Below, piece by piece: positions 50,380-61,908 of a stretch of 64,000 nt of DNA. The DNA lies in the NCBI RefSeq assembly GCF_021028975.2, contig NC_059427.1, positions 88,970,001-89,034,000 on the forward strand, in the 5' to 3' direction. The position numbers and the translations under genes were made by a program. The notes under the pieces are model-generated. The model made no database searches, was not told the origin of the DNA, and saw only the letters and a program-made list of their open reading frames with translations. The stretch is from Sphaerodactylus townsendi. Taxonomy: Eukaryota. Every line of letters starts with the position of its first letter. Position 1 is the stretch's first letter.

Positions 50380-51490
50380 TATGTGGGTGACACCCAGCTT
50401 CCTCACAATGACTGGCCACCCAACCTCGGCTCCTGGGGCTCTCCAGCATTGTTTACAAGCCGTAGCAAGCTGGCTGAAGCTACTACTACACACTACACAC
50501 TTGATCTTAGCCAAAAGGCCAAGAAGTGATATCCAGCAAAGGTGAAGCTGAATCCAGCAAAGGCTGAAGCTGAACCCAGCAAAGGTGGAGGATCTGTGGG
50601 TGGGTTGGGGGGAGCAATGGTAGCCTTAAGTCTGCCTACACTCTAGATGGCAAGACTTTACACCTTGCCTCATCCATCAAAAGCCTGCAGGTCACTTTAG
50701 ACTTGACACTTTCGTTAGAGTCCCATGTCACCAGGACTGCTCAGGTAGCCTTTTACCATCTGCGACAGGCACGGCAGTTGGCTCCATATCTCTCCCGTTG
50801 CAACATAGGCACAGTAATTCATGCAATAGTAACCTCCAGATTGGACTATTGTAACTTGCTCTACACTGGCCTGGCTTTGTCTGTGACCTGGAAATTGAAG
50901 CTCTTACAACATGCAGCAGCCAGGCTCCTTACCAGGGTGTCATAAAGGGACTATACAACCTCCACTGGTTGCCAATCAAGTACCAGATGATATTCAAAGT
51001 TCTGGTAATGACCTTTAAGTCTGTAAATGGTCTTGGGTCTGAATACTTGCAGATTGCATCTTCCCTTATTGCCCCTCAAGTTCCCTCTATTCTTTGGAGA
51101 AAAACCTGCTAGTGGTCCCTGGCCCAAAAGACATCCGGCTGGCCACTACACGGCCAGGATCTTTATAGCCCTGGCCCCCACCTGATGGAACAGTCTCCCC
51201 AGTGAGATCAGGGCCCCTCAGGACTTTAATTGGTTCTTCAGAGCCTCTAAGACGGAGCTATTCCACCATGTTTTTACATCTGGCCAACTGGTTTTGAATT
51301 GAATTAATTTCAACATTAGTGGTCCCCCATGGATGCAGAAGGAGGTGGGATGTTGTCATCTTGTTACTTTGGTTTATGATGATTGATTTTATGATTATTG
51401 ATGTTTTATGTTGTTTTACATTGTTGTTTTAAATTGTTGTTGTATGCCACCCTGAGCCCTGTGGGGAAGGGCAGACTATACATTTTAAAA
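50380..51490 (+). mobile_element. Older L2 3' part (RT C-terminus to tail)
   Basis: ORF 50703-50945 (AFYHLRQARQLAPYL..SRLDYCN) parallels the young L2. 3' stem-loop at about 51445-51475. Confidence 0.85.
50480..50530 (-). pseudogene. RNU2: U2 snRNA 5' fragment retrocopy (nt 1-34 plus slipped repeat tail)
   Basis: Minus strand reads atcacttcttggccttttggctaagatcaagtgt versus U2 ATCGCTTCTCGGCCTTTTGGCTAAGATCAAGTGT. Two mismatches, both at CpGs. Followed by gtagtgtgtagtagtag. Confidence 0.9.
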
Positions 51491-53773
51491 ATATAAAATA
51501 TATATAAAACATTTTAAATACAAAAATTACATAAATTTAAAAACCAAATACAAACAGATAGCATAAAAAACCCAACATGGGAGCACAAAAGAGACAGATG
51601 CATGCGCCATATCCAACGAGGACCAGAGATGGTTTAGAAAGAAAGGGAATGTCTGGCTGGCTCGACAGAGAAGGCTCAGCAAATATAAAAAATATATGAA
51701 ATATAAAAAGTATAGATATAAAATATATGAAAATATAAAAAAAATAATAAAAACACAAAACAATATAAATAAAATAATAATTATAAAAATGCATTACAAG
51801 ACAATTTGAAAACTTCAATTGGAATGGCCAATAAATAAAAAACTAACTCAGTTAAAGTCCTAAATAAATTTGTTTTCAACTGGGCTCCTTCAAATGTTCA
51901 TACTTAGAAAATTGATCATTGGCTGCTAGGATTTTCCTAACCAAACTAGTCCATTAATCAAGCACTAGTCAGTAGAAATATTACAGTGTAATCCTGAGAG
52001 GGAGTGGCGAAACTGCTTAGGAAACAGTGTGACCCCGGTGTCAGCATAAATGCCGCTTGTGCTGACATAAGGGACAATCAAGTATGCCTGTGCTGGAGAG
52101 CTGTGCAGCTGCGTGATCCCGAAGCACCAGCACAACTGTAACAGCAATACTCCTCTGGTACAAGAGCCCTTAGTGGTGCTGAAGGGGGCATTCCCAGGAT
52201 GGAGCCAGATTTAATCAGCTGCATTCCTCACAGTAACATGGACTTTCTTCTCCATCTGCAAGACTGGGTTCATACATTTAAATCAATCCATCAAAGCCAT
52301 AGGTATTTCATCTAATGGTGGCCCAATGACCCATAGCAGAACATCAGCCTTTCCATCAAGCATATAGTGATTTTAAGATTAAAATGGTGGTGAAAGGGAA
52401 AGGTCTGGATTAATCATTTGGTGTGGTAAACATCAGAAATTCCCTCTGAACTGGTTGGCAGCTGTTGATTGATTTTCAGTGAAGGGACATAGGGATTCTG
52501 GATAAATGTTGCAACAAAATATTTCCTTTTTTTTTACTGTAACACTCAGAATTTCTTGGCCTTGGGGTCCTGCTGGCCACATCCTTGGAACATTGCTCTG
52601 TTTATTCAGTAATGATGAGAGAAATGCACTGTGCGTATCTGAACGAATCAGACAGTGTTATATCAGCTTTTGAATTGGTGAACGAGGGATATATGCACTG
52701 CATAGACACAATAAATGCATAGGCAAGCAGTTAAGGGGCACTGTGCATTTGAATGAGGAACATCCTTAATACCATCCATCCACAGTAAGTAGGGGTTCAA
52801 GGATGACAATAGCAACTCTCCTGACTTACACACACACAAGTACTCTTCTTGTATGTGTTCATCTCATGTTAACCCTATAAATGCATTCTAAAATGAAATC
52901 TGTTCATTTCAGAATTTAGAACAAAAAATAAATAAATGATGCAATGATTTTATTCTGTTTGCCAGAGAAATGCTCTAAAACCCAACAGGCACTTCTGTTA
53001 TATGTTCAGGCAATTGTGTTATATGTTTTCCCTCTTCTATTTTAAGCACCTCAGTAAAAAGATGCAGAAAATCAATAATAATAATGCTGTTTATTGCTTA
53101 AATAGTGCCTGAAGTTGTTCTCACTTTAGTTTTGTTTGGCCCTCTTAAGTCTTTCTATATGATGCAGAAAATAGAAAAGGAACTTGTGGTATACAGCCCT
53201 GGGTTAGTTTCCTATAATATTATACCATGATATTAAATAAATTGCAACAGACCTGAATTGTCTTAATATTCACACAGCCCTATAATATGTTACCAAGCTG
53301 TTTTCCATCAACATTACCACAATTCCATTTGTCTTTTCATTTATTACTAATTTTTAGCAACTAGTTCTGTCTGCATATATCCTAAAATTTTAGGAAAGTA
53401 TTTTAGGAAAGTATTTCAAAACAGGAATAGATTCAAAATGCAAGGTTTTCTAGAAAGACAGCACTAGATTTTTATCCTATGTGCGTTCCTTTACTGCCTT
53501 GGAATTGTCTTTTTAATTTTATTTAAACCACTCAGTTTCAGCAGGAAATGGGGACTATACTTGAAGTAAATAAAAATTAAATTAAAGCACAGCAATGTCT
53601 GTACCTTTGAAAGCCTTCATCAGTTTTATAGCACCTCTAAAGATATTCATCTAATTACTCTGCCTGAGCTTCAACAGTTGTATCCAACAATTCAGTGATG
53701 TGGGTGAATAATTGTGCAATCCAAAGGGTGTGGAGTGAAGCCGCATTGGAAATGGTGTGACCTGATCCCTGCA

Positions 53774-54298
53774 CAGTTGCGTAGCTACCACGGGGCGAAG
53801 CCACCATGCCCTGGGCATGTGCCATTAGGGTCACATGGGGGCTGCCCTCACGCCCCTCCCCCTCCCCCTTGCCCTGCCAGGCCTAGCAGAAGCCGCTGCC
53901 AGCCGGGCCTTGCCGGGCCAGGCCTGTTGGAGGCTGCTGCTGGTGCCCCTGCCAGCAAAGCCCTGTGGCCCGAATCAGCCTAGTGGGGCTGGGGGCTGGG
54001 CTGGGCTGGGCAGTGGCCCAGCCAGGCTGCTTTTGCAGCCAGCTGAACTTAGGTAAGTGGGGGAAGGTGGGAGTGGGGGCAGGGCCTGTGGGCAGGGTCA
54101 TGGAGGGTGCAGGTTCACCCCCATGCTTCTCCCTGCCCCCACTTACCTTAGTTCAGCCAGTGGTCAGCCAGGCTGCTTTTTCAGCCAGCTGCTGTTTACA
54201 GACAGCTGAACTAAGGTAAGTGGGGGGGGTGCAGAGGAGGGGTGGGACCCTGAGGGGGCAGGGTCCAGGGTCCATTTCCCCCCACCACCACACCACTG
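53774..54298. mobile_element. hAT MITE
   Basis: Termini cagttgcgtag / ccacaccactg and a perfect 8-bp TSD tccctgca. Appears nested in an older repeat. Confidence 0.85.
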
Positions 54299-54747
54299 TC
54301 CCTGCACCAGCATCGATGCCACTTGTGTCACTCAAAAGAGCATGGATGCCAATGCAGGGGCCTTTGTTGGAACCAGGGGGTTCAACGCTGGTGCTACTCT
54401 TTGAGGCTGGAAAAAAATTGGGGATAAAAACAGTGTGGAACTCCAAGGAGGAAATATTTTATTTCCTGCCTCAAACCATTTTGAATGAATTGTGCAGAAA
54501 AGTCCCATTAAAGAACTAGGAAAGGTCACCCAGTGACTCAGAGTGAGGTATGATCAATATACAGATCACCTAGCTTTATTTCTCTGTATCAGCTAAGCAG
54601 GGTTGGTCTGTGGAAGTCCTGCATAGGTGCCTGGAGAAGGTAATGCAATAATTTGACACTCCATATAAGACTGAGAGGCTGCTGATCATTAGATGTTGTC
54701 CAGTATCTGTGAATTCAGCCTGTCCTGGAGGATGTTGCACTCCTGCT

Positions 54748-55767
54748 CAGAGGTGTAGCTACCAAGGGGACATCCAGGGACAAATGTCCCGGGTGCCCAC
54801 CATTGGGGCGCAGAAAAATATGGGCTCATTTCTAATTTTGGGGGTATTAGTGTTTTATGTTGTCGACCAGCAGGGGGTGCAGTTTTTAGGTTAGTGACAC
54901 CAAAATTTCAGGCTATTGTTAGGTGACACTCTTAATGATACCAGCCAGGTTTGGTGAAATTTAGTTCAGGGGGTCCAAAGTTATTGGCCCCCAAAGGGGG
55001 TGCCCCATCCCCCATTGTCTCCAATGGGAGCTAATGATAGATGGGGCTACCCTTTTGAGGGTGCATAACTTTGGACCCCATGAACCAAACTTCACTAAAC
55101 TTAGATGGTTTCATCAAGATAGTCTATTGCCAATGCTACCCAGGTTTGGTGAAGTTTGGTTCAGGGGGTCCCAAGTTATGAACCCCCAAAAGGGATGCCC
55201 CATCCCCCATTGTTTCCAATGGGATCTAATAGTAGATGGGGCTACCCTTTTGAGGGTCAATAACTTTGGACCCCCTGAACCAAAATTCACTAAACCTGGG
55301 TGGTATCATCAGGAGAGTCTCTTGAAGATAGACTAAAATTTTGGTACTGTTAGCTGAAACATTGCTCCCCTGATGGGCACCCTCAAATTTTCCCCAGGTT
55401 CTCTCTTTAAATCCACGTCCTTTGGAGTAGATTTAAAGGGAGAATCTGGGCTCCCTAGATTAAATGGTGGATTTAAAAGGAGAATCTGGGCTCTCTAATA
55501 TAAACAACATTAAAAGTGATGCTGTTTCAGGGTGGATCCCCCCCTTCAAAAAATAGCATCACTTTCAATGTTGTTTAAACTAGAAATCCCTGGCTGTGTT
55601 CAGATTTGTGTGTTGGGGCACGTTCTGTAATGTGATGGTGACTTTGAGATGACCTGGTGCAAAAAAAAGTTGTTTTATTGTGGTGAGGGAGGGTGGCCGC
55701 CCATGTGGGGGGCCCCCGCAAAACTCAGAGTTTGCCTGGGGCTCCATTTTCCCTAGCTACGTCTCTG
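54748..55767. mobile_element. hAT non-autonomous element (about 1 kb)
   Basis: TIRs cagaggtgtagcta / tagctacgtctctg, perfect 8-bp TSD ctcctgct, and two tandem internal palindromic units of about 195 bp. Confidence 0.9.
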
Positions 55768-56940
55768 CTCCTGCTGAAGGTTCATTACTCAAAAAGCTTA
55801 ATTTGGCTACAGTGATCCATGTACTGAACACATACACACATTAAAGTGGGCTGTGTACCCCAAAGCATATACTAGTGAGGGAGAAGAGGTAGGTTTCAAG
55901 GTACATTTAAAAAAAAATCAAAATTGGTTGCCTGGTTGCTAAAGTTTGAGAACGGCTGGCCTACAGAATAAATTAAGCAAGCATGTCTAAAGTGCATTCA
56001 AAACAAAATATCTGTTTGCAGTCAAGCTCTTACATAAGCAGAGATGCAAGAAAAGAGTATGGTAGCCACTTGTGCTAAGTCATATTTATTGTATTTGACT
56101 TTGAGGAGGAGAATGTAGCCTCAGGGATGGACTTGCCTGGAAACAAAGGAGAACTAGGAGACCATCCAATGGGGCTGTTACCTTAAGCCCCACACTTCTG
56201 GGCTGGTAATGTCCTAATCAACAGGGTCAGCAGAGGTTTGTCCCTGGGCTGAGCTCAGGAAAGCTTTGATCTTCACTGTGAGGAAGGAAGCTGGGGTGGG
56301 GTAGAGCAGAATGACTGACATGAAAAGCAGTAGTGTTGGACCTACAGGGAAGCAGAGGACAGGGAAAGGCTTAGTCAGTCACAGGGGACGGGCGACAGGG
56401 TCCTCTTCTTATCTCCTTGTCTAGCCAATGGTGACAAATTTGTCACACTAGTTGGGGCAGGAGAGGCAGTGCTGACCAACAAGCTTAATGAGGAAGACTG
56501 TGGGGTGGCAGGCAGGGAAAGGAAGGGTGGGGAAACAGGTCACCAAAAACAAGCTCCATAGTGGCTGAGAAGGAAGGAGAAGAGAGGCTCTGGTATGAAG
56601 CAAACTGCAGTTCTGGAATGAGAAGGAAGAATCAGGTAGTGAGACATCCTTCCCTACCACACTCTGAGGCACAGAGTGCCTGTTGGAGTTATGTAGCAAG
56701 ATGGCAGAGGGCAGCGGTCCAATGTTGGAAAAGGCAGAGCCTCACAATTTGATATAGTGATTTTATCTACTATTTTTATTTGCTGCTTTTATGTTTGTGT
56801 TGTATTTCATTGCCTGAGTGTTTGTATTGTTTTACTAGCGGGGCCCGGCCACGCGTTGCTGTGGCAATTGCCCTTCTCATCACAGTCCGCAACCCACACA
56901 GATGTCCATGCAGCTCCAATGATCCCCAGCATAGCCTTTT

Positions 56941-57216
56941 GGGAGCAGCACTGGCATAGTGGCTAAGAGCAGGTGCACTCTGATCTGGAGGAACTGGGTT
57001 TGATTCCCTGCTGTGCAGCTTGAGTTGTGGAGGCTTATCTGGGGAATTCAGATTAGCCTGTGCACTCCCACACACACCAGCTGTGTGACCTTGGGCTAGT
57101 CACAGCGTTTCAGAGCTCTCTCAGCCCCACCCACCTCTCAGAGTGTTTGTTGTGAGGGGTGAAGGGCAAGGAGGTTGTAAGCCCCTTTGAGTCTCCTACA
57201 GGAGAGAAAGGGAGGA
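56941..57216 (+). mobile_element. Squam3-like SINE nested in the Helitron
   Basis: A box tggcatagtgg, B box gggtttgattcc, same body as the copy at 35850. The tail runs into the gap. Confidence 0.85.
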
Positions 57217-57371
57217 NNNNNNNNNNNNNNNNNNNNNNNNNNNNNNNNNNNNNNNNNNNNNNNNNNNNNNNNNNNNNNNNNNNNNNNNNNNNNNNNNNNN
57301 NNNNNNNNNNNNNNNNNNNNNNNNNNNNNNNNNNNNNNNNNNNNNNNNNNNNNNNNNNNNNNNNNNNNNNN
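57217..57371. other. Assembly gap
   Basis: Run of N. Confidence 1.
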
Positions 57372-59420
57372 ATCCCTCTTTCCCTTTTCAATTCACATTA
57401 TTATATGGTGCTGTCTTGGTTTTTAGTATAAGGTAACCCTTTCCATTCCACAACTGAACTGTCCAGATTGTGAATCCCACTGTCCATGAGGCTGGTTGAC
57501 ATGCACAGTCCTGGCTTGGGTAAGGCAGAACTGGGGCAAGGAGGCTATCCCAGCCAGGCAGCAGAGGCAGGGTGGTGAGGCGCTCAGATTGAGGCCAGCT
57601 CCCTGGGTTTTTAAAGGGCCATGTGCAAAAGAAGCAGAGGCAGTAGTGTTGGTTCGCCCCCACCCTGCGGATTTTCTTAAAAGAAAAAGGCAAACGCCAG
57701 CTTGCTTTTAGTAAAAGAGAGCTATGGTGAATATGGATGAGGAAGTGGGTAAGTGGTGGTTGGATGTGAGGGAGGGCAGAGTGAGGTGTGTGAGGATGTG
57801 CTGGATGTGTATGAGAGTATGTGTGTTGGGTGGTAGTAGTGGGTGAGGCACAGAGAGTGAAAGTTACCTGCATGTGTGTGGGGGGGGAACCCCACCTGAC
57901 GTCTCACACGGCAAAGTGTGTATGTGTTTCACTTTCACTTGTATTACATAACAGTATTACCTATTTACTGTTTTCACTGCTCATCTCTGCCCATCTGCAT
58001 GAACATTCTAAGCCCTCATACCAAGGCCTCAGGTCACAGACAGACAGGCTGCACAAACATTCTAAGGGTGACAGTTAAACACAGCCAGCTTCATGGCCTG
58101 GTGCGCCAGGAAAAAGACGTTTTACCTGGCTCAGGTATGGACTTTTGGCGATTTGAAGGTCCAGTTACCTGCCCGCAACAGGGAGGGACGTCATGTGAAA
58201 ATTTGGGGGTGATCCGTCTAGCCGTTTCGGCGTTAGGGAGTCACCAACAAACGGATGGTTAGCTTTTTAAATATATATAGATTTGAATACACTTCCTATG
58301 TATTACATACTAGAATTAAAAAACAACAACTGCCTAATAAGTTGCATGAGGTAGCACGTTACTTTTTGCCTTGTGAATTATGGTGCTGACTCCACAGGGA
58401 CATTATTTCAATGGCAAAGCAAGATCATTTCACATAATACTCTTAATCTGATAGTATTCAAACAAATGCAATCTGTCTTATTCTAAATGTTAAACAAGTT
58501 TAAAAACAATTAAATATATAAGATGTTTCCTTGACATTAAAAATAATTTATTTTCCAGTATGCAATGTTTTGATTATAATATTAAAAATAATAGTTAATA
58601 AATAATCAGGACTAAATTGAATTGTATAGTTTATTTGCATGAATATGGTAATAGATATGCTTCATCATTTGTAAAGCACAAGTCTGTAAAATATCTTCTC
58701 GAATGAGGTTGTACTGAAACTGAACATTATCATAAATTACAATTTACAGTGTGTACTGATTTCTAAATAAGGGTTGAGTGAAATAATGATGATGGGACAT
58801 AGTTAATTAAATGGGGCATGGGATGTCATAAACACCACAATGTTAATGATGGAAATGAAAAGCAATGTATTGGGGCAGTCATTAAAGTTTGAAGTCTCAA
58901 ATGCATCTACACTATGTCTTCTTGACAAATACTAGTCAATTCTTCTACAAGTGCTTTTGAAGTGAAGTGATTCAAGGGCATCTTGAGGACCATGGTTGCT
59001 TTATCTAAACTCTCAGTCAAGACTGTAAAACATTTCATTTGCAAGGAAAACATTGGGAGAGAGGAATATATTTCATAAATATCAAGTAAACCACTACAAG
59101 CAATAGTGTTAGCAGAAAATACAATTTGCATTTGAAAGATTGATGACTATATTGTCACAGGTGTCAAATGTTCTTCAGATAAACACCTTCTAGGTTCAGG
59201 ACAAATGCATATTTCATTACATGACACTGAGGAACATGATTTGATAGATTTTAGTGTGCCTTCTTGCACAGTAAAGTAGTAATTAAAATGTGGTCATATT
59301 ATTCTAGCAAAAAACAAACCCACACACTCTATTGTAAAAGATCGCTTTTTATTGCAATCAACTCTAGAAGTTAATATGCTTGAGACAGAATGTTTTCATT
59401 ATTGTGAGAAAAAGAAACTA

Positions 59421-59751
59421 CCGTGTTTCCCTGAAAATAAGCCAGGATGTTATATTAATTTTTGCACCAAAAGATGCATTACGGCTTATTTTTGGGGTAG
59501 GGCTTATTTTAGGGGAAGCATGGTACCTTTCTCAATTCATTAAGGCGGGGTCTCGGCAGCCCTGCTTCCCTGTCACCTTTGATGCAAGCTGCATCCTCAT
59601 TGGCAGGGAGCATGCTGCTGGATCACACCATCCTGATCTGTAACTATCGGTAGGGCTTATTTTTGGAGCAGGGCTTATATTTTAAGCCTCCTCCAAAAAT
59701 CATGAAAAATCATGATAGGGTTTTATGGAGTATATTTTCAGGGAAATATGG
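59421..59751. mobile_element. Tc2/pogo-like MITE
   Basis: TA|ccgtgtttccctgaaaataag ... tattttcagggaaatatgg|TA. Same TIR as 16474 but a different interior. Confidence 0.8.
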
Positions 59752-60589
59752 TATGTTCCAATTTTGATATATTTAGCACACAAATTAATTGTTAAAGTAT
59801 GTATGAATTCTCTTTTAAAAACTGTATTTCAGAAAGCAAAGCTGGACAATTATTCCGTATTTTTCAAGACATTGAAAAACAAAGGCTTTAATGCATTTGT
59901 TGTGCATGAAACTTAACTTTTCAGCACATACATTGTCATAACTTTAACCAGATGAAACTATGCTTGAGATTGCATCAACAGTCATATGCTTCTGAGCTTT
60001 GCAGACTGGACATTTAATGCTTTAAATTACATCAATACATTTAGGATATCTTCTTTTTAGTAGGTATAGTTTGAAAGTACATGATGTAACTGTCTTGCAG
60101 AAGTTTTTAGGCAGGCAGGGGTATGCACCAAGGAAAAAGCCTATATGGTGGGGGGAGGGGGGTGGCTTCTAGAATTTGGGACCATTAATTTAATTAAGCA
60201 ACTATATGAACCATACAGCACCAAATGGTCCTCCCTGTATTCTAAACACCCGCACACATAGCTACCGGTATTTCAATCAAATTGGACCAAGGGATTCATT
60301 TTTACTGACCACCAAAGTAGGAACCTCTCAGCTCAAGTGGACTTCTCCCTACTTCATTATTTTCAATGAGGATACAATGCCACAGTCTGTTGCAGCTTTT
60401 TTCAAACCAATTATACCAAATTTGCATGGATCATAGTGTCCCCTCCCCTCATTTCAAGACCAATCAAGTTTCAAACACATCAAACAAAGGGGTTCAGCTT
60501 TACAGATCTGACAGGAAAAGAGTGTCACTTCAAAAGTATAGTTGTGAGTTTTTAAATAATATTTATATTAAATGTCTTAATTGTAATTT

Positions 60590-60660
60590 TTTTATTGTAT
60601 GCTGCCCTGAGCCCTTTCGGGAATGGGCAGCCTAAAAGTTCAAAAATAAATAAATAAAAC
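60590..60660 (+). mobile_element. L2-type 3' end fragment
   Basis: gctgccctgagccctttcgggaatgggcagc stem-loop followed by (taaa)n. A similar piece lies at about 30045-30105. Confidence 0.6.
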
Positions 60661-61807
60661 AACCAAAGTTTTATTTAGAACAGTCATGTATCTAGCTAAT
60701 TAAAAATAGTCAATCGTATTTGAAACAATCTAGAATCTTCAAGGAGGAAAGCATCATTGCCTGAACTGACATGGGCTCAAAGTGTACTGGTCTGGATTTT
60801 TCAGGAAGTAACATTACTCTGTTGACTGATGGCCTGTTTTTTCCCTTCCTCTCTGAGAGGTGGAGGTAAATGCTAGCTGGGATCAGGCTGGTAACCCTAA
60901 AGTGGCTGCTAAAAACAGCTTTTAAAACATGTCCTCCCCAATGTATTTGCCAACTATTCTTTAGGATTACTTTCCCTGTCCCATATTTCTGTCACTATAT
61001 CATAGATATCAGAGGAATGCATTACCATTACTTCAACAACACTCCTGTTCAAGTAGGATGTGTTTGTGTCCCTCACCATCCATGCTTTAACTTCATATTC
61101 ATCTTCAGATACAGAGATATATCTATATACATTTTGGAGTTTTCCCATTACTGGTAATGAGATCAGGAGAATAGTTATTTAGTTTATTTCTATAGATGTA
61201 CTTTTTTGCTTTTCTTTTTATGTATCTCTCATATGCACTTGCCTGAAAGTTGTTTTGCCTTGAGGAATTCTAGCACAGTATTAAACACTCAAGGGTAAGC
61301 TGCTTATTCAACCATCTGTTCTTATTCTCCACACTACCAGAAGCAGAAATATGAAACACATACACTATATTGCTGTATATTTGTAGTGTTTGAATAATTT
61401 TAAACAGAATAACACCATATGTCTATCTTCAGGCAACTGCTTCCTTTACAGTGTTCGGGGGGGGGGGGGGATTCCACAGAAACTCAAATCATTGTGAAAA
61501 GTAGAACTGTGCCTAATTTTTATAAGTGTAAGGGGGGGGGGGTTCTCATGAAAACCAGCCTTCTTGATAAGATAGAATCTTTTATGAAATCAGTATGCAA
61601 GTTATTTTTTAAAAACCCTGATTTTTAAATGCCTCTTTCAAGAATGTTATACAATTCTTTAATTTTAAGTCAACAAACCATGCAGAACCTACAAAGGACA
61701 GGAAAGTGCAGTCTACAAGATGTGACACTGGTGGCACCTTGGTCGTATGCCTCCTCTGGCATCCCCTAGAAGATATACCAGTGTCAACAGGCACCATGGA
61801 GCTCATA

Positions 61808-61908
61808 CAGTGGTGGGATTCAAATAATCTAAAAACTGGTTGTTTACAAGCACCCTTATAACAACCAGTTCTGCCAAAGTGGTGTGAACCTGCTGAGTCC
61901 CACCACTG
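61808..61908. mobile_element. hAT MITE, same family as 5566-5700
   Basis: TIRs cagtggtgggattca / tgagtcccaccactg, TSD agctcata / agcttata. Confidence 0.85.

Larger units (their letters stand above)
56835..58281 (-). mobile_element. Non-autonomous Helitron
   Basis: Minus strand A|TCTATATATA ... gccacagcaacgcgtggc (hairpin) cgggccccgCTAG|T. Inserted at an AT site with no TSD. Spans an assembly gap. Confidence 0.85.

Noticed and set aside
50497-50530. Functional U2 snRNA gene
   Set aside because: Only 34 nt, CpG-decayed, with no Sm site and no recognisable PSE or 3' box.
58907-59131. 74-aa minus-strand ORF with protein-like composition
   Set aside because: No recognisable homology or convincing splice signals, and the length is within chance expectation.
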